Shown here: positions 51,852 through 59,722 of the stretch, piece after piece
Layout of the letters: every line of letters begins with the position of its first letter
Numbering within the stretch: position 1 is the stretch's first letter
IMG/VR virus record: IMGVR_UViG_3300045988_119623
Coordinates: 1-60,584 of that record
Direction: 5' to 3' (one strand)
Length of the DNA: 60,584 bases
DNA from: a virus
Notes under the pieces: model-generated
What the model saw: only the letters and a program-made list of their open reading frames with translations
What the model was told of the DNA's origin: nothing
Databases searched by the model: none
Position numbers and translations under genes: made by a program

Positions 51852-52541
51852 ATGGAAGACATGACTGTAAATGAAAATCAAAGCACAATAACCGTTCCAC
51901 TGGCGTATTTCGAAGAACTTATCGAACGTGTGGCAGAGCAGACCGCCAAAAAAACCTCTAAAAAGTTGTGTGATGATTTGTACAGCAAAGAAGCACAGCG
52001 GAGGGATTTCGATAAGCGACTGTATAACGTGCGCTTGCTGCTAAAGAATTACAGAAGCCTTCAGGAGCACGCAGCGTTAAAGACTAGCGAGATTGTCAAT
52101 ATCGACGATGAACAGATTTCGGCTATCGAAATTCTTGATTCGTTCCAAAACCTGAAAAGCATGGGAGCTAATGAGCTAAAACTTGAAAGCATTATAAGCT
52201 CAACAATGCGAACAAAAGTGCTGATAAACTACATGGACGACATGATAGCACTTTACAAGCAGACCAGGTATAACAGCGGCAAGCAGGAAGATTTGCGCCG
52301 GGCAGATGTGCTTGACGTGCTGTTCCTTAAACCTTGTCCGCCGGAAGCGTATGTCACTGATATAGTCGCAAGCCTTGCGCAAAAATGGTCAGTAAGCGAA
52401 AGGCAGATATGGAGAGATACAAACGATGCCGTTGAGCAGCTAACCGCTTTGCTGTTTGGCGTGGACGGCGTGAACCTGCTGGAAGATAAAAAGCGCAGAA
52501 GGGCAGCTCGCCTTGCTGAAGAAAAGAATATCGAAAAATAA
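51852..52541 (+). CDS. Sigma-factor-like late regulator candidate (C-terminal region-4-type HTH)
   Basis: Motifs 'LLLKNYRSLQ' and 'IVASLAQKWSVSERQIWRDTNDAVEQLTALLFG'. Confidence 0.55.
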   Translation: MEDMTVNENQSTITVPLAYFEELIERVAEQTAKKTSKKLCDDLYSKEAQRRDFDKRLYNVRLLLKNYRSLQEHAALKTSEIVNIDDEQISAIEILDSFQNLKSMGANELKLESIISSTMRTKVLINYMDDMIALYKQTRYNSGKQEDLRRADVLDVLFLKPCPPEAYVTDIVASLAQKWSVSERQIWRDTNDAVEQLTALLFGVDGVNLLEDKKRRRAARLAEEKNIEK

Positions 52542-52548
52542 TCAAAAA

Positions 52549-52601
52549 ACTACCGGAATAGTCAAAAAAACATTTGACTATTCCGGTAGTTATGTTATAG
52601 T
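52549..52601 (+). promoter_or_regulatory. Promoter/operator cassette copy 2, embedded in a 42-bp palindrome with perfect 18-bp arms
   Basis: ACTACCGGAATAGTCAAA-aaaaca-TTTGACTATTCCGGTAGT. -35 TTGACT at 52574..52579; TGtTATAGT -10 ending at 52601. Confidence 0.6.
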
Positions 52602-52646
52602 ATAGTCAAAGAAAAACATAATAAAAACAAAGAAAGGAATAATGAG

Positions 52647-52844
52647 ATGGAAAAAAGAATTGTAAATGCGGTTAAGAGAATTCAAGAAATTGAAGTAAAA
52701 ACTAACAAAGGAACTGCAAGCAAGGAAGAAATGATTGAGCTTGTTGCTCTTGATGAAAACTTAAGAGCATATGCTCATGAAAACAATATGGGATATTACG
52801 AGTGCCTGGTGAATTTTCGCGAAGAATTAAGCAAGGAGGATTAA
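52647..52844 (+). CDS. Hypothetical protein (65 aa)
   Basis: First ORF after cassette 2. Confidence 0.55.
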   Translation: MEKRIVNAVKRIQEIEVKTNKGTASKEEMIELVALDENLRAYAHENNMGYYECLVNFREELSKED

Positions 52845-52847
52845 AAA

Positions 52848-53099
52848 ATGACATACCAAGAAAAGCAAGAAATGAAAAAGCTTGCATGCAAATGCCTGGA
52901 AAAATACTTCGGCTTTGCTCCGGCGATGAAGCAGATTGTTCTGCTTGAAAGCGCAAGCAATGGATATACAGTTGATTATCTTCTGTTCAGCATCGGCTAT
53001 AACGGAAGAGAATTTCAGCTCAGAAGAACCTTTACCTGGGGTAAAGATACAGTGGAATATAAATATTGCCGCTACGATGTTACTATGATTGAACAATAG
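52848..53099 (+). CDS. Hypothetical protein (83 aa)
   Basis: SD AAGGAGG upstream. Confidence 0.55.
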   Translation: MTYQEKQEMKKLACKCLEKYFGFAPAMKQIVLLESASNGYTVDYLLFSIGYNGREFQLRRTFTWGKDTVEYKYCRYDVTMIEQ

Positions 53100-53115
53100 A
53101 AAGGAGTAGAACAAC

Positions 53116-53394
53116 ATGAAATTAAACTACGAACAGTTAACCTACATCATTGAAACACTTAGAGAAGCTAAATGCAAAGCTTATGATGCTTGGATGGACA
53201 AGAAATTCGAGTTTGAAAAAGCGCAAGATGATGCTAATGAATGGTTTGAAAATCACACAACAAAGATTGGTGATGATATGACTACATCTGATATTATCGG
53301 AGATACTAAGGATGAATACGAAAAAGCTCGTGACGCTTACTACATGGCTGAAGAGATTTATCGTAACTTTACCGAAGGTGAAATTGAAATTTAA
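53116..53394 (+). CDS. Acidic hypothetical protein (92 aa)
   Basis: SD AAGGAG upstream. Confidence 0.55.
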   Translation: MKLNYEQLTYIIETLREAKCKAYDAWMDKKFEFEKAQDDANEWFENHTTKIGDDMTTSDIIGDTKDEYEKARDAYYMAEEIYRNFTEGEIEI

Positions 53395-53407
53395 GGAGGA
53401 AGAACCA

Positions 53408-53569
53408 ATGAAAGAACCTAAAGACATGACTAACGAAGAATTAAAGCAGGAAAACGCTAGGCTGATTAAGATTTACAACAGCTCACGCGACCCATGGCAT
53501 CATCAATGCTTGAATGAGCACTTTGAAGAGCTGGAAGAAATTGCAGCGGAAAGAGGTATAGAGCTTTAA
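53408..53569 (+). CDS. 53-aa hypothetical protein
   Basis: SD AAGGAGG upstream. Confidence 0.45.
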   Translation: MKEPKDMTNEELKQENARLIKIYNSSRDPWHHQCLNEHFEELEEIAAERGIEL

Positions 53570-53587
53570 AGCTGATGACAGGAGCTT

Positions 53588-53607
53588 AAGCTCCTGTAAA
53601 GCTACCG
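53588..53607. promoter_or_regulatory. Perfect 20-bp palindrome ACAGGAGCTTAAGCTCCTGT
   Basis: Read directly. No T-tract follows, so it may be a hairpin or a protein-binding site. Confidence 0.4.
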
Positions 53608-53658
53608 GGCAGAAGGTTCAAAGTCCTTGCCAATAGCTTTAGAAAGGAAGTCGATTTT

Positions 53659-54132
53659 ATGAACTATGCAATTTTACTGAAAACTGTGGTTGATGCCAAT
53701 GGCAAAACCAACTCTGTGGAGAAAGTACCAATGATGGAGGTATTTCCAACTATCTCCCTGGAATCCATGTACAAACTTTGCGAATGCGAGTTTGTTGATA
53801 TTAAGGATATGCCGCTTCAATTAGTAGAATTTGACGGCGAGCTTGGAATCATCCCGGCAGTCACCCTGGTGTTCGATGAAGAATTTCTTCTGAAGACCGA
53901 AAAGCCTGTAGCCAATGAGCTGGCAAGTGTTATTTATGGTTACGGCAGATTACATGATCAGTGCCTGTGCGGTAACGTGCTGCTGTGCTACACAAACGAG
54001 GAAGGCGACTGCATGCCGTTCAGTGAGAGTGAAGCAAACGCCGTTGTGAAGTGTTTGACAAGAATCAACAATCATATTGGAGATATGGAATTTAAAATTC
54101 AAAAACCAATGATGAAATTTATGACGTTTTAG
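53659..54132 (+). CDS. DUF3846-like protein
   Basis: Family recalled from plasmid and ICE leading regions. Uses the conserved initiation region GAAAGGAAGTCGATTTTATG. Confidence 0.55.
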   Translation: MNYAILLKTVVDANGKTNSVEKVPMMEVFPTISLESMYKLCECEFVDIKDMPLQLVEFDGELGIIPAVTLVFDEEFLLKTEKPVANELASVIYGYGRLHDQCLCGNVLLCYTNEEGDCMPFSESEANAVVKCLTRINNHIGDMEFKIQKPMMKFMTF

Positions 54133-54145
54133 GAGGGATGCTAGG

Positions 54146-54592
54146 ATGTTGAAATACAAAGATTACTCAACCTTAATCAACGAACAGCAAAAGGAATACG
54201 AAAGTTTCACCAAAGATAAACTGTTCTTTGCTTTTACCGAAGAACAGTTCAACGAAGGCATGAAAAGATTTGGGTTAGCTCCTAATGATACCGACAAGGT
54301 TTATCAAATTGGCTTCGGAGGATATATCCTTCGTGCCCAGGCTAAGGCTCATAATGATTTAGTAAAACGCCTGAACATCGAAAAGAAGGAGCACATGAAA
54401 GATTTCGACTTCTTGAAATCAGCCTTCCGTTACGAACTTGCTAACCATGAGTTTTGTATAACTTATGAGCTTGACGATACGCTGGATGCTCTGCTTTTGA
54501 CTTATGAGCAAGTTAACTCTGACCCGGTTATGAAAAAAGCTTTACTTGAAGCAAAGAAAGAATATCTTAAGAATTGCGAAGATTGGATGTGA
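54146..54592 (+). CDS. Hypothetical protein (148 aa)
   Basis: SD AGGAGGG upstream. Confidence 0.55.
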   Translation: MLKYKDYSTLINEQQKEYESFTKDKLFFAFTEEQFNEGMKRFGLAPNDTDKVYQIGFGGYILRAQAKAHNDLVKRLNIEKKEHMKDFDFLKSAFRYELANHEFCITYELDDTLDALLLTYEQVNSDPVMKKALLEAKKEYLKNCEDWM

Positions 54593-54597
54593 TTAAT

Positions 54598-54768
54598 GTG
54601 AGAACAAGACAGCTTATAAAGTATGTACTGATGCTGGAAACGCTCCCTCTTGCCGGAGATGAATACCATGAAATCATGGCAAATATTAAACGCCGCCAAA
54701 AGAGAATCGACGCACTGCGTGAAAAGCTGCTGATGCCAGCAAGCTGCTATCCCTACAAACAGGCATAA
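54598..54768 (+). CDS. 56-aa hypothetical protein (GTG start uncertain)
   Basis: ORF only. Confidence 0.35.
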   Translation: MRTRQLIKYVLMLETLPLAGDEYHEIMANIKRRQKRIDALREKLLMPASCYPYKQA

Positions 54769-54827
54769 ATAAAAGAACCGGCGTACACCGAAAGGTGTGC
54801 GCTGGAAAAAAGATTGGAGTAAAAGTT

Positions 54828-55421
54828 ATGTGTAAAGTAGCAGAGAAAAGTTATAAAGAGTTATGCGAAGCGTTGCTCGGGCAGGAAGCTTATAAGGTTT
54901 CCGAATTAACGGCACAGAAATTGTATCGCCTGGAAGATACCGACGAGCTGAAAGCATATGGATTAGACAAACAGAAAGCAGAAGCGTTCCTGTGTGGTGT
55001 AGAGTTAGGCAAAAGAGCTTTCACCGAAACCAAAGCTGAGGAAAAAAGATACTGCTGTGCTCCGCGAGATTTAGCTGAATTTATGATGCCGAAGTTGCGG
55101 TATCTGAATCATGAAGAATTCTGGGTTATTGCAGCAGACAGCAAGAACAGAATAATTGAGGCAAGAGCTATACTGAAAGGAACGCTGACTAACTGTTATG
55201 TTCATCCTAGAGAAATTTTCAAGTATGCCATCATGAAAAATGCTGCTGCAATCTTTGTAGCGCATAATCATCCTTCAGGTATTGCAACACCTAGTGCTGA
55301 CGATAAAAAGTTAACCAGGGACATTGTAAAAGCCGGGGCAATAATGGGAATACCTTGCTATGATCATATCATTATAGGTGACGGCAGTTATTACAGTTTC
55401 CAGGAAGATGAACAAATGTAA
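54828..55421 (+). CDS. radC: RadC-like JAB/MPN+ domain protein
   Basis: Motif 'VAHNHPSGIATPSADDKKLT' (HxHx7Sx2D). Confidence 0.85.
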   Translation: MCKVAEKSYKELCEALLGQEAYKVSELTAQKLYRLEDTDELKAYGLDKQKAEAFLCGVELGKRAFTETKAEEKRYCCAPRDLAEFMMPKLRYLNHEEFWVIAADSKNRIIEARAILKGTLTNCYVHPREIFKYAIMKNAAAIFVAHNHPSGIATPSADDKKLTRDIVKAGAIMGIPCYDHIIIGDGSYYSFQEDEQM

Positions 55422-55434
55422 GGAGGAAAGAAAA

Positions 55435-55719
55435 ATGAACGCTTATGAAATTATGTACGTTATGCGCCCAGAGCAGGAAATAGTCGAGGATGTTATCTTG
55501 AAGTTCAATGACTTAATAGCTTCTAATGGTGGTGTAGTTGAAAAGACAGAACGCTGGGGAGAAAGAAGGATGCCTTACGTGATTCAGGACTACGAGAACG
55601 GTATTTATGTCCTGGTTACGTTTCATGCAAGCAAGAAGTGTGTACTCGAGCTTCACAAAGCAATGGATATTACCGAAGAAGTGCTTCGGCACATGATTAT
55701 TAGAAAGGGGGTGTGCTAA
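55435..55719 (+). CDS. rpsF: Ribosomal protein bS6 homologue (94 aa)
   Basis: 'YEIMYVMRPE...WGERRMPYVIQDYENGIYVLVTF...EEVLRHMIIRK' parallels bacterial S6 ('YEVMYIIRPN...WGKRRLAYEI...GFY...DDIIRHIVVK'). SD AAGGAGG upstream. Confidence 0.8.
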   Translation: MNAYEIMYVMRPEQEIVEDVILKFNDLIASNGGVVEKTERWGERRMPYVIQDYENGIYVLVTFHASKKCVLELHKAMDITEEVLRHMIIRKGVC

Positions 55720-55720
55720 T

Positions 55721-55996
55721 ATGACACCTTTTGATAAATTTAAGGAAACTGCTGCGTTAGTTAATCTTTGGATAACAGAAGAAAAACCTAAAATTGAAAG
55801 ATTCGGCTGCCGAAACTGCCAGTACGCTCATTCAATGCATGAAAGCTTTGACAGATTCTTTACAAACCAATACGGAGCTTGCAGCTGTTTGCCAAACTGG
55901 TGCACTCCGATAGCTCGCATTGATGAATGTCCTAAAAAGAATAATCCTAGAGCTGGCAAGCTTAGTTCGATTTGCAAAGTTAACACGGAGGTATAA
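55721..55996 (+). CDS. Cys-rich hypothetical protein (91 aa)
   Basis: ORF with tight gene spacing. Confidence 0.5.
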   Translation: MTPFDKFKETAALVNLWITEEKPKIERFGCRNCQYAHSMHESFDRFFTNQYGACSCLPNWCTPIARIDECPKKNNPRAGKLSSICKVNTEV

Positions 55997-55997
55997 A

Positions 55998-56594
55998 ATG
56001 GCTAATATCTGTTTCAATGACATTACAATGGTTGGAGATAAGGCAATACTGCAAAGGCTGCAAGATGATATTGAACGTCACCTAAATGAAAATGATGGCA
56101 GCATTTATAGATACGGTAATGAGCTTTACCCTGGCAGTAACTATGAAGGGTGGTTCGACGATGTTGGAGAAGTAACCAAAGCCAACGAAGAAGAATATTT
56201 CTTGCGGTTTACAGTAGACACAAAATGGACCCCGGCAATGGACTTTTTCGTAAGACTGGCAAAAGATAAAGGCTTAAAGCTTTACTATGCTTCCGAAGAA
56301 CCTGGCTGCGAGCTTTATCAAACGAATGATGTTAACGGTGAGTTCTACGACGAAAGATATGTCTTGTATTGCAGAGAGTGCGAGATAACCTATTATAGCT
56401 CAAAGGAAGATTTAGTTGACGGAATAGGGTTCTTACTCAAAAGGCGAGGGTGCAAGGTTTTTAACAAAGATAGCGCAATGGAATGTAGCATCAAGGAACT
56501 TGAGAAAATCGGCAGAATATTCCTGGTAGACGGAACCAACACATGGTTTGATATAGGAGAATTTGAAATAGTTCCTGCCGGGGTAGAAAGGTAG
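55998..56594 (+). CDS. Hypothetical protein (DUF1281-like?)
   Basis: SD GGAGGT upstream; the family guess is weak. Confidence 0.55.
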   Translation: MANICFNDITMVGDKAILQRLQDDIERHLNENDGSIYRYGNELYPGSNYEGWFDDVGEVTKANEEEYFLRFTVDTKWTPAMDFFVRLAKDKGLKLYYASEEPGCELYQTNDVNGEFYDERYVLYCRECEITYYSSKEDLVDGIGFLLKRRGCKVFNKDSAMECSIKELEKIGRIFLVDGTNTWFDIGEFEIVPAGVER

Positions 56595-57241
56595 TGGTTA
56601 ACGTGAAAACATTGTATTTTGAAGGTGCTGGCTGGGAAAAGGCAGAGCGCAGCATCAACACCATAGGCAACTGCCGTGTTAGAACAGCATTTCACCTTGA
56701 TAACGGCAAGGGAGTTTATCTTGAAATTGTTTGCGGTGAAATGCTTGGCGAAAGAAAGAAGCTTTATGGCGGCTTGCAGTATGTAGGATTCGTAGACTTC
56801 TTATTCTACATTACAGACGAAGAACCGAACGATGACTGCAATAAGTATAAATTGCCCGGTATGCGTAACACTCATTTTGCTTATGACTTCGATTCGATTC
56901 TTGCTTTTGTGAATAGCCTGGGAGCATCGTTTGATAAAATATGTGTGCTGCCAAACCTTGCCGGATATAGAGTACATTCAGATGACCTGGCAAAGCGATA
57001 CAACTATGCTGATGAGTTTACGCCAGACTGGGAGGCTATAAAGAGAGCGAAAAAAATTCACGAATACTTTTACCAGCTGGAGAAATCGGAAGGCAAGAAG
57101 TTCCCTAACTTCTCTCTGTACAATGACGAAGGCGACAAGACAAAGCTTTACTTGATCAGGTATTATAACGGCTATAATAAGAAATGGCTCATTGATGCGT
57201 CAAGCGATTCATGGTTGAAAACTATGGTTGAAGTATCTTAA
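56594..57241 (+). CDS. Hypothetical protein (215 aa)
   Basis: GTG start overlaps the upstream TAG; GTG 56603 is an alternative start. Confidence 0.55.
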   Translation: MVNVKTLYFEGAGWEKAERSINTIGNCRVRTAFHLDNGKGVYLEIVCGEMLGERKKLYGGLQYVGFVDFLFYITDEEPNDDCNKYKLPGMRNTHFAYDFDSILAFVNSLGASFDKICVLPNLAGYRVHSDDLAKRYNYADEFTPDWEAIKRAKKIHEYFYQLEKSEGKKFPNFSLYNDEGDKTKLYLIRYYNGYNKKWLIDASSDSWLKTMVEVS

Positions 57242-57258
57242 AGTTGGTTATTGTGCAA

Positions 57259-57307
57259 GGAAGAAGTCAAAAATAAGTTTGACTTCTTCCTTTATGTTAT
57301 GTACAAT
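57259..57307 (+). promoter_or_regulatory. Promoter/operator cassette copy 4 (variant). 13-bp-arm palindrome GGAAGAAGTCAAA-aataag-TTTGACTTCTTCC; -35 TTGACT, 17-nt spacer, -10 TACAAT.
   Basis: Read directly. It may also terminate the upstream operon. Confidence 0.6.
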
Positions 57308-57337
57308 AAAGCTATATAGATGATTGGAGGGAAGTAA

Positions 57338-57589
57338 ATGAGCCTGACAGACAAAATGAGAACTGCAATGACGAACAATGGAATGACACAAAGTGATGTA
57401 GCAAAAAAACTAGGTGTTAGCAAGGCAGTTGTTAGCGCAAGATTTCTTCATTGCAGAAGCTTAAAAATGCTTCTTGAAACAATGGAGGCTTGTGATTGCG
57501 ATGTTGTCCTTCGTCAAAAAAATGGAGAGTGTGAAATGATCATCACTTTAGATGATATAAGAGAGGATGATTTGGCGAAAAATTTATAA
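57338..57589 (+). CDS. XRE-family HTH protein (83 aa)
   Basis: HTH motif 'MTQSDVAKKLGVSKAVVSARF'; SD GGAGG upstream. Confidence 0.65.
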   Translation: MSLTDKMRTAMTNNGMTQSDVAKKLGVSKAVVSARFLHCRSLKMLLETMEACDCDVVLRQKNGECEMIITLDDIREDDLAKNL

Positions 57590-57647
57590 AACATCCTCCT
57601 GGTCAAAAAAACATTTGACAATAGTTTTAGTTGTGTTATAGTATAGT
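57588..57647 (+). promoter_or_regulatory. Promoter/operator cassette copy 3, nearly identical to 157..216
   Basis: GTCAAA-N6-TTTGAC at 57602..57619. -35 TTGACA at 57615..57620. -10 TATAGT at 57637..57642. Confidence 0.6.
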
Positions 57648-57690
57648 TAAATAAAAACTTAATAAACTAAAACAAAAGGAGTCGGTGAAA

Positions 57691-57879
57691 ATGAATTTAG
57701 AACAACAAATCAAAGTAGCAGAAAAAAGAATCTATGACGCAGAATGCAGAAGAGCAGAATTTGCGAAAAAATATAATGAAACAGGAATTTTGCTTTATGA
57801 AAGATTGGCAGAATCCGAAACTAAAACAATTTCTGAAATAAGAGATGCAATAATTGAAGCTTCTCTTTACATGAACTAA
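57691..57879 (+). CDS. 62-aa helical protein
   Basis: SD AAAGGAG lies 8 nt upstream. Confidence 0.5.
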   Translation: MNLEQQIKVAEKRIYDAECRRAEFAKKYNETGILLYERLAESETKTISEIRDAIIEASLYMN

Positions 57880-57893
57880 GGAGGGAGTAAATC

Positions 57894-58409
57894 ATGAAGA
57901 TAGGTAAAGTCAAATTTACCTGGCGTGCACATCGTCAAGCTTTTGCTATTAAAATTGGCGGCGAACAAAGAGTTTTCCGTTTCAATAAGAAAACTGCTCG
58001 CAAAGAGCTGTTTGCGAAAATTCGCTCCTTAATTGCAGAAGCATCTGGTACCCAAAAGGTTTGCCAGCATTGCGGTAAGCATTACTTCGGTGTAAACTCG
58101 CACAACTTCCTGTGCGGTGACTGTGCTCAGAAAGCTGCTGACATCCATCGTGAAGGTGTTGGCAATATTAAGGAGTTTTCCTTCAGCGAAGCTTTGCAGT
58201 ACATTCCTGAAGCGTTGGCAGATTTTATAGATGCTAAAAATGAGGGCGGTGCTACACTGTTTAATGCAGCTATTAAGATTGCTACCAATAACAAAAACAA
58301 GGAAGGAAAGCATTACACAGAGTGCTATGAGATAGTCAAAGCCTATATCAAGGAACACGCAGACTTTGCCAAAGAATTACAGGCGTATATGCAACAACAA
58401 TATAGATAA
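57894..58409 (+). CDS. Hypothetical protein with a CxxC...CxxC motif (171 aa)
   Basis: SD AAGGAGGG upstream. Confidence 0.55.
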   Translation: MKIGKVKFTWRAHRQAFAIKIGGEQRVFRFNKKTARKELFAKIRSLIAEASGTQKVCQHCGKHYFGVNSHNFLCGDCAQKAADIHREGVGNIKEFSFSEALQYIPEALADFIDAKNEGGATLFNAAIKIATNNKNKEGKHYTECYEIVKAYIKEHADFAKELQAYMQQQYR

Positions 58410-58432
58410 GCAAACCGAAAGGGCGTGATCAT

Positions 58433-58744
58433 TTGAAGCCGGAAGATATTATCAAGTCTTACAATGCCGAAGGCAGCATTAAAAAAGTAGCTGCACTGTT
58501 TCGCGTTTCAGAGCAGAAAGTCAGAAAGGTTCTCATTGATGCCGGAGCATATGAAAGTGATATGTCCATACAGGTCAATGATTTGTATGAGCAAGGGTAC
58601 AGCGTGGAGAACATAGCCGAAAAATTGCGTGTAAGCAAGAGCACTGTTTCAGCATATCTGCCATACACCAAAGGCGTGTATCTTGGCGAAAATCCTTCCA
58701 GCAATGCTCTTAAGATAAGAAAGTGCAGAGCTAAAAATGGATGA
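58433..58744 (+). CDS. Double-HTH small DNA-binding protein candidate
   Basis: Motifs 'SIKKVAALFRVSEQKVRKVL' and 'SVENIAEKLRVSKSTVSAYL'. Confidence 0.45.
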   Translation: MKPEDIIKSYNAEGSIKKVAALFRVSEQKVRKVLIDAGAYESDMSIQVNDLYEQGYSVENIAEKLRVSKSTVSAYLPYTKGVYLGENPSSNALKIRKCRAKNG

Positions 58745-59006
58745 GCCTTTAAACGAACTACTAGATAAGTATATAGATGCTTATAGCAAAGGCGAGGATA
58801 GCTTAAGAGCGTTTTGGGAGTATGTCATAAGCATAGGAGCTTATGAGCAGATGCGACAGCTTGCTGTATACCAGGATGTTATTCTTAGCTACAAGAAAGA
58901 CCAGGCAAAGCCTTCCTGCAATGGTTACTGCGAAAAAGTCTACACAGCCGAAGATGCAGAGTTCGCCAGGATACAAATAGAGCACCTTTTAAAATCATGT
59001 CAGTAA
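58737..59006 (+). CDS. Hypothetical protein (89 aa)
   Basis: Last ORF before the split terminator. Confidence 0.5.
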   Translation: MDEPLNELLDKYIDAYSKGEDSLRAFWEYVISIGAYEQMRQLAVYQDVILSYKKDQAKPSCNGYCEKVYTAEDAEFARIQIEHLLKSCQ

Positions 59007-59097
59007 GGTGTCATTTACAAGGCAATTAAAGGAATGATATAATTAAGATGCAACAGTTGGATGATAAACCATTCTCCTAAAAATATGTTGTGTACTC

Positions 59098-59109
59098 AAA
59101 AAGCCGTCT
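59098..59109 (+). terminator. Left arm (A-run plus GCCGTCT) of the terminator split by the IS
   Basis: See 128..139. Confidence 0.6.
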
Positions 59110-59158
59110 ACATGATATGTACCCCCAATACTGGACACCCAGTATTGGGGGTATTTTA

Positions 59159-59722
59159 ATGAAATACAGCTATAAGTTCAAAAGACAGTGTGTAGAATTA
59201 TATCGACAAGGAAAATGGCCTGAAACGCCTAAAGATATAACAGAAAAAAATTTCCATAATACAATTCGAATTTGGGCTCGAATAGAAGATAAATGTGGTC
59301 CAGAAGCATTACAACATAAAAATCATAGCAAGATTTGGTTACCAGAAGAGAAATACGAGCTTGTAGCCAAAGTATTAGCTGGTGCGTCAAATAAGGATAC
59401 AGCTATTTCAGCAGGAATTAACGATGGTCTCTTGTATCAGTGGGTTAGATGCTATAAAATTAAAGGGTATCAGGGATTGGTCGCACAACGAAAAGGACGA
59501 CCACCCAAGGAGCCTGAAATGAAGAAAAAAATAGAACCGGCAGAACTTACTCCATCAGAACGAGAAGAAATGATTCTGCTCAGAGCAGAAAATGAGCGCT
59601 TGAGAGCGGAGATTGCTATTGTAAAAAAAGAAATCGCCTTGAGAGAAGAGAGATGCGCAGCGCAACTCAAGGCGAAAAAGCTGCGCTCGTCCAAAAACTG
59701 CGTGAAGAAGGGTACAAACTGA
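59159..59722 (+). CDS. IS3 transposase OrfA (HTH, leucine-zipper-like C-terminus)
   Basis: Motifs 'KFKRQCVELYRQG' and 'LVAQRKGRPPK'. A-rich candidate slippery sites G_AAA_AAG (59674..59680) and C_AAA_AAC (59692..59698). Confidence 0.85.
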   Translation: MKYSYKFKRQCVELYRQGKWPETPKDITEKNFHNTIRIWARIEDKCGPEALQHKNHSKIWLPEEKYELVAKVLAGASNKDTAISAGINDGLLYQWVRCYKIKGYQGLVAQRKGRPPKEPEMKKKIEPAELTPSEREEMILLRAENERLRAEIAIVKKEIALREERCAAQLKAKKLRSSKNCVKKGTN

